This document shows positions 8,767 to 18,775 of a DNA stretch of 64,000 bases, piece after piece. Made by a program: the position numbers and the translations under genes. This DNA comes from Candidatus Bathyarchaeia archaeon. GTDB lineage: Bacteria; Patescibacteriota; Microgenomatia; PFEM01; JAFGMK01. The stretch lies in assembly GCA_035529595.1 (NCBI GenBank), contig DATKWK010000035.1, forward strand, positions 241,067 to 305,066. The letters are read 5' to 3'. Under the pieces are notes generated by a model, which searched no databases, was not told the origin of the DNA, and saw nothing but the letters and a program-made list of their open reading frames with translations. How positions within the stretch are numbered: the stretch's first letter is position 1; each line of letters opens with the position of its first letter.

Positions 8767-9447
8767 CTATTTAACTTTATATTGGCCTTTTTCCTCATCC
8801 CTGACTAATTTACCATGGTCAAGTTCAATCACCCGGATTTTTAAAGAATCAACGATCTCAAAATTATGGGTGGTTACCAAAACGGTTTTCCCGGCCCGGT
8901 TAACCTCCTGAAGCAGGCTGAATATCTGCCAAGCGGTGGCCACGTCCAAATTCCCGGTTGGTTCGTCGGCGATTAAGATTTCCGGACTGGGCACGATGGC
9001 CCTGGCCAGACAAGCCCGCTGAAGCTCGCCTCCCGCCAGTTGGGAAGGAAAAAGATCTGCCCTCTCAAAAAGGCCAACCATTTCCAAGATTTCTTCGACC
9101 TCTTTAGTTACTTTTTTTCTATCAAGACCGGTAACTTCCAAAGCAAGAGCGACGTTTTCGCGTACGGTCCGGTCGTTTAACAGCTTGAAATCCTGAAAGA
9201 CAACACCGATCTTCCTTCTCAAAGCATAAAGATGTTTCCGTTTAATTTTACTCAAATCAAGACCGTTAATAGAAATCTTACCGGTCGTCGGCTCCAGTTC
9301 CTTTAAGATCAGTTTGATTAATGTTGTCTTGCCCGCTCCCGACGGGCCGGTCAGAAAAACCATCTCACCGTCCTTAATTTCAAAACTGATTTTATCAAGA
9401 GCGGTAATTTCAGCGAATTTTTTGCTGACTTCTTCAAATTTAATCAT
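8767..9447 (-). CDS. ftsE: Cell division ATP-binding protein FtsE
   Basis: Walker A GPSGAGKT, LRRKIGVVFQDFKLL, ADEPTGNLD; upstream of ftsX. Confidence 0.93.
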   Translation of the reverse strand: MIKFEEVSKKFAEITALDKISFEIKDGEMVFLTGPSGAGKTTLIKLILKELEPTTGKISINGLDLSKIKRKHLYALRRKIGVVFQDFKLLNDRTVRENVALALEVTGLDRKKVTKEVEEILEMVGLFERADLFPSQLAGGELQRACLARAIVPSPEILIADEPTGNLDVATAWQIFSLLQEVNRAGKTVLVTTHNFEIVDSLKIRVIELDHGKLVRDEEKGQYKVK

Positions 9448-9977
9448 AGATCTTCGGGACACTTATCCATAACCTTCACCCGGCCGATGTCCATCAGCCA
9501 GCCGACGTCTTGGGACGAAAAAGTTTCTCCCCAAACTTGGACGCATTGGCCGACAAATTGGTCCAGATCAACCACCGAGGAAGTCAGGAAAACGGTTTGA
9601 CTATTGCCGCCAACCCGGAGTAATTTATGGGACCCTTGCTTGACTTCGGCAGAATCGTTGGCCTCGATTTTTCCCTGGGTCGTATCACGAAAAGAGCGTT
9701 CGTCTTTTATCCCCACTTCCTTATTGCCGGAAATAACTTCGACGTTTCCGGAAATCATTCTTTTGGTAACGGTATCTCCGGCCGCTAGTCCGCGGCGTGA
9801 TAGAAAGTAGCCCGAACCGACCCCGGCTGCAATGATCAATAGGATGACCAGGGCGGAAGTAAGGGCTTTGCCCCAACCGATTTCTTTCTGATCAAGCTGG
9901 TGCAAAATCTGATCCTCCTTCTGAAATTCAGAACCGCTATTTTCATTTGTCTGATTCTCCGTCTGTTCTTCTGTCAT
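9444..9977 (-). CDS. Single-pass membrane hypothetical protein with OB-fold-like C-terminus
   Basis: TM helix then beta-rich domain; overlaps the ftsE start (ATGA). Confidence 0.6.
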   Translation of the reverse strand: MTEEQTENQTNENSGSEFQKEDQILHQLDQKEIGWGKALTSALVILLIIAAGVGSGYFLSRRGLAAGDTVTKRMISGNVEVISGNKEVGIKDERSFRDTTQGKIEANDSAEVKQGSHKLLRVGGNSQTVFLTSSVVDLDQFVGQCVQVWGETFSSQDVGWLMDIGRVKVMDKCPEDL

Positions 9978-10075
9978 AAAGAAACTCCTTTCTCTAAAAA
10001 GACTATACCATAGTTGGCGGCCTAGAACCAAAACCTGAAGGGATAAGACCTCAGATCTATCCCTAATCAAGAATC

Positions 10076-11095
10076 CTAACCGGTCAAAAGCCGAATCTCT
10101 CCTTCGATAAAGCGCTCCAAACCACCGTCAAGCACACTGTCGACATTCTGGGTTTCAATTTCAGTGCGTAAATCCTTGACCATCTTGTAGGGATGAAGTA
10201 CATAGGAGCGGATTTGGGTTCCCCAAGCGGCTTTAGTGCGGCCGCCTTTCAAGGCAGTGATTTCGGTAGCCTTTTTTTCTCTTTCCTGCTGCCATAGCCG
10301 GGACCGGAGAAGCTGAAGTGCGATTTTGCGATTTTGCTCCTGGTAGCGCTGGGTTTGGCAAGTAACAATAATCCCGGAAGGTTTATGGTGCAACCTGACC
10401 GCAGTAGAAACCTTCTGCACATTCTGACCACCCTGGGTGGAAGAACGGAAAAACTGCCACTCCAAGTCATCTTCGGCGATTTGGATTTCATCACGCTCCT
10501 CAATCTGGGGCAAAACTTCAACTAAAGCAAACGAAGTTTGCCTCAGCCGGTCGGCATTAAACGGCGATTGACGAACCAAACGGTGAGTTCCGGCTTCAAA
10601 TTTCAGGAAACCGTAAGCGTAAGGCTCATCAATGGCAATCGTGACACTCTTAATGCCGGCTTCCTCACCGGAGTTTTCATCCAACACCCGCAAATCCCAA
10701 TTTCTTTTTTCGCAATACTTGATATACATCCGCTCCAGCATCTGTGCCCAATCCATGGCTTCGACTCCCCCCTGCCCGGCATGAATTGAAAGAATCGCCG
10801 GCAAAGTATCATATTTATCGGCGAAAAACAGAATCAGTTCAATTTTCTTAATCATCTTCTCGGCTTGATCAGTTTGTCTTTGGCTGATTAATTTTTCCAA
10901 TTGGTCAATCTCGGCGATTTCCTTTTGGAGCCCAGACAAGCGTTTCATTCCACGAGCAGCCTGTTCTTGATCCTGCCAATAACCGGGATCGGAGGAACGA
11001 ACTTCTATCTCCTGAATCTCCTGCCTGATTTTTGCCGGATTCCGTCTGTCTTTAATCTGAAGGAAACGATGGCGCAAATCTTCTAATTTATCCAT
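10076..11095 (-). CDS. prfB: Peptide chain release factor 2, continuous frame
   Basis: SPF tripeptide (RQSPFNA), GGQ, WGTQIRSYVLHPYKMVKDLRT. Confidence 0.95.
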   Translation of the reverse strand: MDKLEDLRHRFLQIKDRRNPAKIRQEIQEIEVRSSDPGYWQDQEQAARGMKRLSGLQKEIAEIDQLEKLISQRQTDQAEKMIKKIELILFFADKYDTLPAILSIHAGQGGVEAMDWAQMLERMYIKYCEKRNWDLRVLDENSGEEAGIKSVTIAIDEPYAYGFLKFEAGTHRLVRQSPFNADRLRQTSFALVEVLPQIEERDEIQIAEDDLEWQFFRSSTQGGQNVQKVSTAVRLHHKPSGIIVTCQTQRYQEQNRKIALQLLRSRLWQQEREKKATEITALKGGRTKAAWGTQIRSYVLHPYKMVKDLRTEIETQNVDSVLDGGLERFIEGEIRLLTG

Positions 11096-11119
11096 AGATT
11101 GAAATCTAATCGAATAGCG

Positions 11120-11497
11120 TTATTTCTCCTCAACTATTTCTTCACAGACCTGTTTAAATAATTGTTTTTTGATTATCTCGATTTGTTTCTGGGGCAGTTT
11201 TTTCAATTCTTCGATTAATTCCCGGGATTTTTGTTCAATAATTTGGACGGACCGGCTGGCTTCCTCACCGATCTCAACCGCCGAATCTCTTTGGTTAATC
11301 CTTTGGATCCTGCTCATCACTCCCAAGACTTTTTCTTCAATCACGGCCGGGGAAAACCGGAGGGAAAGGCCATTACTTTCATTTTTTTTGGCGGCCAAAT
11401 AACGAACTACACCAAAGGCCAATAATCCTGAAAGAATAATAATAAACAGGCCTCTCAGTCTTTGTCCCCACATCAACAGTAAGCATACCAAGCCCAA
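11120..11497 (-). CDS. Hypothetical membrane-anchored protein
   Basis: N-terminal TM, helical C-terminus, co-oriented in operon. Confidence 0.55.
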   Translation of the reverse strand: MGLVCLLLMWGQRLRGLFIIILSGLLAFGVVRYLAAKKNESNGLSLRFSPAVIEEKVLGVMSRIQRINQRDSAVEIGEEASRSVQIIEQKSRELIEELKKLPQKQIEIIKKQLFKQVCEEIVEEK

Positions 11498-11506
11498 AAA
11501 ATAAAT

Positions 11507-12115
11507 TCAATCAATATTGACCTTTAGTTTTCTCAATACCCGGCAATATTGCTCAAAATCCTGATAAACAAAAGTTTTGATGCCCAGATCGGTCGCGCCT
11601 TTTATCTTTTCAGGATCGTCATCGGAATAAACAATCTCCTCAGGACCGACGCCGGATCTGGCAATCAGCTCCTTAAAAATCATCTGAGCCGGTTTTAAGA
11701 CGCCGACCTCGTAGGAAAAAATGGCAATATCAAAATCTTCAAGAAAACCGAAGCGTTGATTGAGCCCTTCAATCCGGGCGGGGAAGTTGTTTGAACAAGT
11801 CGCCGTTTGGTAATTTTCCAACCTGAGCTTCTTAACCAACTGGGCGGCCGGTAAATTAACTTCATACCCGGAAAGCAATAAATCAACAATTCCTTTCGGA
11901 CTCATCTTCAAATTCCACTCTTTCAGGGCCCATTGCCAATATTCCTCATCCTCAATTAAACCGGCTTTATATTCCTTATTCATCTTATCCGATTCGAGGA
12001 AAACCGAGCGCGCTTTTTCCTCAGCCACGCCTCTTTCAACCAGGTTGGCAAGAAACTTTTTCTTGCCGTTGATAAAATAAACACCGTCAAGATCGAAACA
12101 GACAACCTTAATCAT
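11507..12115 (-). CDS. HAD superfamily phosphatase
   Basis: FDLDGV, SNN, KP, DD motifs. Confidence 0.88.
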   Translation of the reverse strand: MIKVVCFDLDGVYFINGKKKFLANLVERGVAEEKARSVFLESDKMNKEYKAGLIEDEEYWQWALKEWNLKMSPKGIVDLLLSGYEVNLPAAQLVKKLRLENYQTATCSNNFPARIEGLNQRFGFLEDFDIAIFSYEVGVLKPAQMIFKELIARSGVGPEEIVYSDDDPEKIKGATDLGIKTFVYQDFEQYCRVLRKLKVNID

Positions 12116-12227
12116 TCTTTCGCCTTTCCCGTTTAAAACTAATTAGCAAGTACAGGTAATTATTAAAGGAACCGTAAGCAGGAAGCAAGACCCATTTTTG
12201 TAAAAAACAACCGCTATTAAGTTAATT

Positions 12228-13388
12228 TTAGGATTTGCTTCCTAAGAAAAGGCTTAGAACGTCGACTAGAGAGTAAAGATCTTTAATTTGAATATTTTCA
12301 TCACGACCGTGGATATTACCGGTTTTATCCCGGGCAACACCGCAACCGACAAATTGCCAGTTCAATTTTTTAGCAATCTCAAACAAGTCACCGGAACCCA
12401 TCACCGCATAAAATTTACCATTATCCAGAACACGCTTCATATATTCCGCCATTATCTTCGAAGCTGGTGAGATTTTTGCATAGGCAGACATTTGGTGAAG
12501 AAATTCAAGGTTATATTTGATTTTAGACTGATAAGGCGACAGCGCTTCTCTTATTTCTCTTTTAACCTTAGCTATTTTCTCTTCAGGGATAAACCTCCGG
12601 TCAATCTCAATCTCACACCGGTCCGGAACAATATTAACCTTCAAACCGCCAACAATTTTGTCAATATTAAGTTTTGCCTGCATGAACCGTATCCCCAAAT
12701 CAGGATTAACGGGAATCTTGGAAAAGCGCGACTCGACCTTCTTTTTAAGCTTAACCAGGCTATTGATAAGGGGCAAGGAATTTTCAACGGCATTGATACC
12801 GAGATGGGCAATCGCCGAGTGAACCGATTTGCCTTGAACGGTAATTTTAATTGAAATGTGGCCCAATCCGCCAATAGAGACATAACCGAAGGTACAATCA
12901 AGATTAAGAAAAACCGCTCCGGCGGCCTGATCAATTTTATTGGCCAAAAGATAAAGAATTTGTTCTGTTTGATTTGTTTCCTCATCGGTTGTCACCATGA
13001 CGGTCGTATCCCAATTTTGAATCTTGCTCTTCAGCCGGTCAACTGCCATCAGAAAGGCAATTAAAGAACCTTTCATATCGGCGACGCCCCGACCAAAAAT
13101 CTTACCGTTTTTGATCTTTGGTTTAAACGGTTGCCAATCCGGATCGGCCGGTACAACATCGATATGGGAATAAACCAACAGCCGGGGTTTACCTGGATTA
13201 CGTTTATGGGCCAGAAGATTGACTCTTCCCTCGGCAATTGAAGAAGGAATATTAATTACTGCCGTCTCAAAGCCTACCTTCTCGAAAAGCGGTTTAAGAA
13301 ATTTCACCGCCTGATGATAATTATTACCCGGAGGATTGGTGTTATCAATCGCCACTAAATCCAATAGTGTTTTAATCCAAAAATCCAT
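12228..13388 (-). CDS. M20 family peptidase/deacylase (ArgE/DapE-like)
   Basis: SHIDVVP, GRGVADMKG, DEE, C-terminal HGRDE. Confidence 0.88.
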   Translation of the reverse strand: MDFWIKTLLDLVAIDNTNPPGNNYHQAVKFLKPLFEKVGFETAVINIPSSIAEGRVNLLAHKRNPGKPRLLVYSHIDVVPADPDWQPFKPKIKNGKIFGRGVADMKGSLIAFLMAVDRLKSKIQNWDTTVMVTTDEETNQTEQILYLLANKIDQAAGAVFLNLDCTFGYVSIGGLGHISIKITVQGKSVHSAIAHLGINAVENSLPLINSLVKLKKKVESRFSKIPVNPDLGIRFMQAKLNIDKIVGGLKVNIVPDRCEIEIDRRFIPEEKIAKVKREIREALSPYQSKIKYNLEFLHQMSAYAKISPASKIMAEYMKRVLDNGKFYAVMGSGDLFEIAKKLNWQFVGCGVARDKTGNIHGRDENIQIKDLYSLVDVLSLFLGSKS

Positions 13389-13412
13389 CTTAGATTAGAA
13401 ATAAATATTAGC

Positions 13413-14066
13413 CTATCTATTGGCCTTTCTGGCTAATTTGGTAGCGGTCCAGCCAAAAGCGAAACCGCCGATATGGGCAAAATAAGCAACTCCGCCGACT
13501 TCCTGCCCGAGATAAGCTAAACTGCCCACCCCGGAAAACAGTTGAAAAATGAACCAGTAAAAAAGCATGGTATAAGCCGGAACGGAAGCTTCCCGAACCA
13601 CCCAACCGAAGATAAAGAGAACATCAACCCGGTGGCGGGGAAATAAAACCAAATAGCCTCCCATTATGGCCGCGATTGCTCCCGAAGCTCCCAAAACCGG
13701 AACGGTTGAATGAGGATTAACCATCACCTGTAAAACCGCCGCTATAACGCCACCGAAAAGATAAAAAAATAAAAATTGAAGATGGCCAAAATAGTCTTCC
13801 AGATTATCGCCAAAAATATAGAGAAACAACATATTGCCGAAGACGTGGGCGATCCCTCCGTGTAAAAACATTGAGGTTAAAAGAGTGTATAAATTTTGAC
13901 CGGTGACCACTATATCAGGAATCAAGGCGTAAGTTACCACCAATTGTTCAACCGCTGTTTCGCTGGCCAGGAACATGACAGCGAAAACAACCAAGTTTAG
14001 GGCAATCAGTAAATAAGTGATAAAAGGAAACTTTCCCGAGGGATTATGGTCTCTTATCGGTATCAT
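13413..14066 (-). CDS. Rhomboid intramembrane serine protease
   Basis: MFLHGG..H..GNM, GASG, AHIGG. Confidence 0.93.
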   Translation of the reverse strand: MIPIRDHNPSGKFPFITYLLIALNLVVFAVMFLASETAVEQLVVTYALIPDIVVTGQNLYTLLTSMFLHGGIAHVFGNMLFLYIFGDNLEDYFGHLQFLFFYLFGGVIAAVLQVMVNPHSTVPVLGASGAIAAIMGGYLVLFPRHRVDVLFIFGWVVREASVPAYTMLFYWFIFQLFSGVGSLAYLGQEVGGVAYFAHIGGFAFGWTATKLARKANR

Positions 14067-14069
14067 CTA

Positions 14070-14915
14070 TTATAAGCTACTGACTAATTTTGCTTCCCCG
14101 ATAGCTTCAGCTATCAGGTGCGAAGGTATGCCAAAACCTTTAAGTAAACGCGGCTCGGCTTTACTTAAATCACGGCAAAGGACGATTCCTTCTTCAAGCA
14201 GACGGGCTTTCTGGGCTTGCGAAAGCGAAGTCAGGCAGGTAATTGGGTGCAGATTTGCCTTTTCTACCCAGTCACGTAATGAATTCTTTTCCGGATAATT
14301 CCAGCCGATCAATTTAATTCCCGCGCACTCGCCGTAGCGGATTGACCGCACCGAAAATTTAGTATTGGTAACCAAACAAGGACGGACGAATTTAACCCGG
14401 GATAATTTTCCCTGCCAGTTGGCCATAATATCGTCAAACCGGGCTTTAACGTATAAGCAATGCTTAATATCGCTTCTGATACCGGTCCGATTGTGGAATT
14501 TACACTCCGTCAACAGATATTCGCCTCTTTTGTGGGCGACTACATCAATCTCGTGTTTGGTACATTTACCTTTAAAGATAATGTCTAAATCCGTTTTATA
14601 ACCGCGGCTGGTAAAAACTTCAGCCATAAATTTTTCAAAAGGATAACCGCTGGGCCCGAACATCATAATCGCCTGCTTAAGACTGTAACGGGCTTTTCCC
14701 TGCGAATAGTCCAAATCCTGCAAAGATTTAAGCACCTGGTTGTAGATCTGAACCGTGGGAATATTATCATAGAGGTTTTCTTGCAAATCAGCCAACAGCT
14801 CATTTTGAAGATCGCGGGGTATTCTTGCCCGCTTAAGCGATTTTCTCAGTTTAAGCGCACTAAAAGGCTCGCTTTCTCCCGAAGCTTTAATAACATGAAT
14901 CTCTTTTCCGGTCAT
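14070..14915 (-). CDS. ATP-cone domain fused to Mrr-like PD-(D/E)XK endonuclease
   Basis: N-terminal VIKASG..EPF...KL..SL; GYPFE, EIDV.A, ECKFH. Confidence 0.8.
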   Translation of the reverse strand: MTGKEIHVIKASGESEPFSALKLRKSLKRARIPRDLQNELLADLQENLYDNIPTVQIYNQVLKSLQDLDYSQGKARYSLKQAIMMFGPSGYPFEKFMAEVFTSRGYKTDLDIIFKGKCTKHEIDVVAHKRGEYLLTECKFHNRTGIRSDIKHCLYVKARFDDIMANWQGKLSRVKFVRPCLVTNTKFSVRSIRYGECAGIKLIGWNYPEKNSLRDWVEKANLHPITCLTSLSQAQKARLLEEGIVLCRDLSKAEPRLLKGFGIPSHLIAEAIGEAKLVSSL

Positions 14916-14944
14916 TAATTTTTAGCCCGCTCCAAAGATAAATT

Positions 14945-15910
14945 TCAGATCTTTTTTGACAGAAAATCAAGCAATTTTTTCCGGCTAATATAAGCAACAC
15001 CGATACAACGGTCAGCCGCTCCGTAGTAAACGTAATACCGGCTTTTCCAAACTATCGCTCCGCAAGGGAAAACAACGTTATTAACATAACCAGTTGTCTC
15101 ATACTTAGCTTCGGGAACGAGAACCGGTTCAGGACTCCGATATAAAACCTTCCGCGGATCCTTTAAATCCAAAAGGAGAATTCCAATCATATAGGTCAAT
15201 TTCTTATCCGGCCCCTCGTGAACACCATGGTAGAATTCCAACCAGCCGAGATGCGTTTTAATCGGTGGCGCTCCGGCACCGATCCGGCTATTATCCCAAC
15301 TCTTTTTTCTCACCCGACACAGAATTTCTCCCTTGGAAAATCTGCTTGACTTCTCCGAGAAGGAGATCCAAATATGAGGGAAAACCCGGTGAAGCATGAC
15401 GTACCGGCCGTCAACCTTCTCAGGAAAAAGCGTCCCGTCTTTGGTATCGAGACCGGGCAGAGGGACACCACGACGCTGATAATAAATAAAATCCCGGGTG
15501 GTTGCCAACGAACAGCGTATGCGCCAAGGAACTCCCATTCTGCCCCAAGTCTTCGTGACCTCACCCCGGAAAGGATGAACCGAAGCGGCGATGTAAACAA
15601 TCCAATAGCGGTCTTTAATATAGACAATCCGCGGATCTTCAACACCAAATCTCTCGTGCGTATTACCCTCCTCAGGAAAAAAAACCGGATAGGGTAGTCT
15701 TTTTTCGATGGTTACCGGATCGCTTAAAACCGCCAGTCCCAATTGGGAGAAATGGATTCCGCCCATCGCCCGATACAAAAGATAGATTTTACTACCCCTA
15801 ACCACGACGCCGGGATTAAAAACAGAACCTGACTCCCACCAGTGGGAGTCCCTTCTGTTTGGTTTCAGAAGAGGGTTGCCTACCCATCTTGTCAGTTGGA
15901 TTTTGTCCAT
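14945..15910 (-). CDS. GH130 family glycoside phosphorylase/hydrolase
   Basis: VFNPG, LYRA, GVEDPR, KD..LFPEK, IGAGAPPI, GYVNNVVFPCG. Confidence 0.9.
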   Translation of the reverse strand: MDKIQLTRWVGNPLLKPNRRDSHWWESGSVFNPGVVVRGSKIYLLYRAMGGIHFSQLGLAVLSDPVTIEKRLPYPVFFPEEGNTHERFGVEDPRIVYIKDRYWIVYIAASVHPFRGEVTKTWGRMGVPWRIRCSLATTRDFIYYQRRGVPLPGLDTKDGTLFPEKVDGRYVMLHRVFPHIWISFSEKSSRFSKGEILCRVRKKSWDNSRIGAGAPPIKTHLGWLEFYHGVHEGPDKKLTYMIGILLLDLKDPRKVLYRSPEPVLVPEAKYETTGYVNNVVFPCGAIVWKSRYYVYYGAADRCIGVAYISRKKLLDFLSKKI

Positions 15911-15939
15911 TTAAATAGCCTTATTAATTTTCTACCACC

Positions 15940-16899
15940 TTAGAGAACGACCTCTTTTTTCTCCCAGGTAAACAGAGCGCCCAGCGATTTTCCCAGATGA
16001 ATCCGCCTGATAACTTCCGCTAAAAGCGGTGCCAGAGAAATGATTTCAATTTTATCAATCTTTTTTTCTTTGGCAAGGGGAAGAGTATCCAAAAGCAAAA
16101 TCTTGGAGGCAGCAGACCCCCTAAGCCTCCGGCAGGCATCGCCTGACAGCAACCCGTGAGTGGTACAGATAATTACTTCTCTGGCGCCTTTTTCTTTTAG
16201 GGCGCGGGCAATTTCCACGACCGTACCGGCCGTGTCAATGATGTCATCAATCAAAATAGCGGTTTTTCCTTCGACATCTCCGATAACGTTTAAGACCTGT
16301 GCCTGATTATGGACCGGTCTTCTTTTATCAATCATTGCCAGGGGCAGATTCAGCAGTTTTGCCATGCCTCTTCCCCGCCTCAAACCGCCGACATCGGGAG
16401 AAATAATGACCATCTTGTCAATTTTATTTTCTAACAGGTACCGGGCAAATAAAGGATAACCGACCAGGTGGTCAACCGGAATATCATAAAATCCTTGAAT
16501 CTGGTCGGCGTGGAGATCGACTGTCACTAACCGGTCAGCCCCGGCTTTAGTGATTAAATCAGCTACCAACTTGGCCGTAATCGGCTCCCGTGAAACCGCC
16601 TTGCGGTCCTGCCGGGTATAGGCCAAAAAAGGGCAGACTAAATTAATGCGGCCCGCCGAGGCCCGTTTAAGAGCATCAACTCCGATAAGAAGCTCCATCA
16701 AGTGGTCATTTACCGGAGGAGAAACACTTTGGATAAAAAATACATCATCATTACGGACTTTCTTGCCGATTCGAAAATAAATTTCTCCGTCGGCAAAATC
16801 TTTGATTTCCACCGACGTTAAGCCTATTTTTAAGATTTTGGCAATGCTTTGAGCCAGTTCAGGATGAGACCGACCGCTAATTAACTGAATTTTATCCAT
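15940..16899 (-). CDS. prs: Ribose-phosphate pyrophosphokinase
   Basis: FADGE, YTRQDRK, DLHADQIQG, DDIIDTAGT. Confidence 0.96.
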   Translation of the reverse strand: MDKIQLISGRSHPELAQSIAKILKIGLTSVEIKDFADGEIYFRIGKKVRNDDVFFIQSVSPPVNDHLMELLIGVDALKRASAGRINLVCPFLAYTRQDRKAVSREPITAKLVADLITKAGADRLVTVDLHADQIQGFYDIPVDHLVGYPLFARYLLENKIDKMVIISPDVGGLRRGRGMAKLLNLPLAMIDKRRPVHNQAQVLNVIGDVEGKTAILIDDIIDTAGTVVEIARALKEKGAREVIICTTHGLLSGDACRRLRGSAASKILLLDTLPLAKEKKIDKIEIISLAPLLAEVIRRIHLGKSLGALFTWEKKEVVL

Positions 16900-16948
16900 G
16901 GTTTTTTTATTTTAACCGGAAAATCTTATTTCTTCAATCATAAAAAAA

Positions 16949-18688
16949 TTATTCTCCCAGCTCGCCTTTTGTCTGTAACTGCCAAAGATACTGATAAAGA
17001 CCCTTTTTCTTGCCAACTAAATCTTCATGCGTCCCCATCTCAACAATTCGCCCCTCATCCATGACTATAATCCGCTGCGCCTTCCGTACGGTTGAAAAAC
17101 GGTGGGCAATTATCAAAACGGTTCTGTCTTTGGCGACCTCCCACAAAGCTTTCTGAATTAGGCGTTCCGACTCGGAATCCAAATTACTGGTCGCTTCATC
17201 AAAGATAATAATTTGCGGATCGATTAGAAGCATCCTGGCAATCGCCAATCGCTGCTTCTGACCGCCGGAAAGTTTGATTCCCCTCTCGCCGACTTCGGTG
17301 TCGTACTTTTCAGGTAAATTTTCCACAAAATCATGAAGGTTAGCCAATTTTGCGACCTTAATTATCTTCTCCAACGAAACATTCTCTTTGCCGTAACCGA
17401 TATTAAATCCAATCGTATTGTTAAAAAGAATCGGTTCCTGGGGAACAATGCCGATAAAGGAACGCAATTGGCTTTTAGTAAATTTTCTGATATCAATCCC
17501 GTCTACGGTAATGGTTCCCTGGCCAACGTCATAAAAACGGAGCAAAAGTTTGATTATCGTCGTTTTTCCGACTCCCGAGCGGCCGACAAAAGCAACCGAT
17601 TCGCCGGGATTGATATGAAGACTGATATCTTTAATAACCATTTCCTGGGAATCAGGATAGGCAAAATCAACATCTTCAAATCCAATCTCGCCCCGGATCT
17701 TATCCACCGCCGCCGGTATTGAGGGATCGCTAACCAAAACCGGCTCATCAAGAATTGAAAAATAACGGTCAATATCAACATAATGCTTAGCAATATCCCG
17801 AAGCCGGTAAAGAATGCCGGACAATTGATAATAGAAACCGGTCATAAATGATACTACCATGACGAAATCACCGGCACCGATTTTACCTTCCGCCAGTCTT
17901 TTGACTACAATCCATAAAACCGCCAACGCCCCAAGATTGGCTAAACTGCCAACGCCTACATCCATCAGGCGAAATGAGTTGGCGTAGCGCCAAATTTTAG
18001 CAAACCAATCTTGAAACTCGATCGTCAAACGTTTTTCTTCCCTCTTTTCCTGGGCAAAAAATTTTACTGTTTCATAGTTAATTAAATTATCGGTGATGAT
18101 TCCCGAGACCAGATCTTCAGACTTATTAAAAGCCTTTCTCGCCTTCATGTTTACCTTAATCAGCTGCCAGCTTAAAAAGACGTTCCCGACAAAAACCGCC
18201 AGCAATAACCAGGCGATCGATGTCGAAACCCGGCTAAAGAAAAACAACACCACCATCAGGCTGACAATGGTGCGGATGATATTGTGGTGGATATCGTGAA
18301 AGAGGTCAAAAAAAGCGCCGTCGCCTCTCTTGAAAGCACTGATCAGGGAGCCGGTGTTTTTATTGACATGAAAGGCAAAATCCAAATCCTGGATATAACG
18401 AAAAACGGCGATCCGGGCATCCCGAGCGGCCGGAATCAGTACCTTATCACCTAAATAGAATGTTAAAGCGTTCATGAAATTGCTACTGATCTTTACTCCG
18501 ATAAATAAGACTAGAATCGTAATTAAATCGGGATAATTGCGTGACGGGGCACTGTCCACCAAAAGCTTGTAAAAATAGGGGTTTAAGTTTTCCAAAACGG
18601 CCGCCACTACCAGCACTAAGCTGAAGATAATAAAAGCTTTCTTATATTGAAAGATAAATTGATAGAACCGCTTGAAAATTTTGAACAT
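16949..18688 (-). CDS. ABC transporter, fused TMD-NBD (Atm1/MsbA-like exporter)
   Basis: NYETVKFF, GRSGVGKT, LSGGQKQR, DEATS. Confidence 0.9.
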   Translation of the reverse strand: MFKIFKRFYQFIFQYKKAFIIFSLVLVVAAVLENLNPYFYKLLVDSAPSRNYPDLITILVLFIGVKISSNFMNALTFYLGDKVLIPAARDARIAVFRYIQDLDFAFHVNKNTGSLISAFKRGDGAFFDLFHDIHHNIIRTIVSLMVVLFFFSRVSTSIAWLLLAVFVGNVFLSWQLIKVNMKARKAFNKSEDLVSGIITDNLINYETVKFFAQEKREEKRLTIEFQDWFAKIWRYANSFRLMDVGVGSLANLGALAVLWIVVKRLAEGKIGAGDFVMVVSFMTGFYYQLSGILYRLRDIAKHYVDIDRYFSILDEPVLVSDPSIPAAVDKIRGEIGFEDVDFAYPDSQEMVIKDISLHINPGESVAFVGRSGVGKTTIIKLLLRFYDVGQGTITVDGIDIRKFTKSQLRSFIGIVPQEPILFNNTIGFNIGYGKENVSLEKIIKVAKLANLHDFVENLPEKYDTEVGERGIKLSGGQKQRLAIARMLLIDPQIIIFDEATSNLDSESERLIQKALWEVAKDRTVLIIAHRFSTVRKAQRIIVMDEGRIVEMGTHEDLVGKKKGLYQYLWQLQTKGELGE

Positions 18689-18775
18689 AAAAAAATCTCC
18701 CCCAAATAATGGGCTAAATTTACGGGAGACAAATTTATTATAGCGCAAAAAAAATAATTGGCAAGAAACTATTTC

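Noticed and set aside
15893-16899. Adjacent prs and GH130 both start MDKIQL
   Set aside because: Codons differ at several positions, so it is not a recent duplication; probably coincidence.
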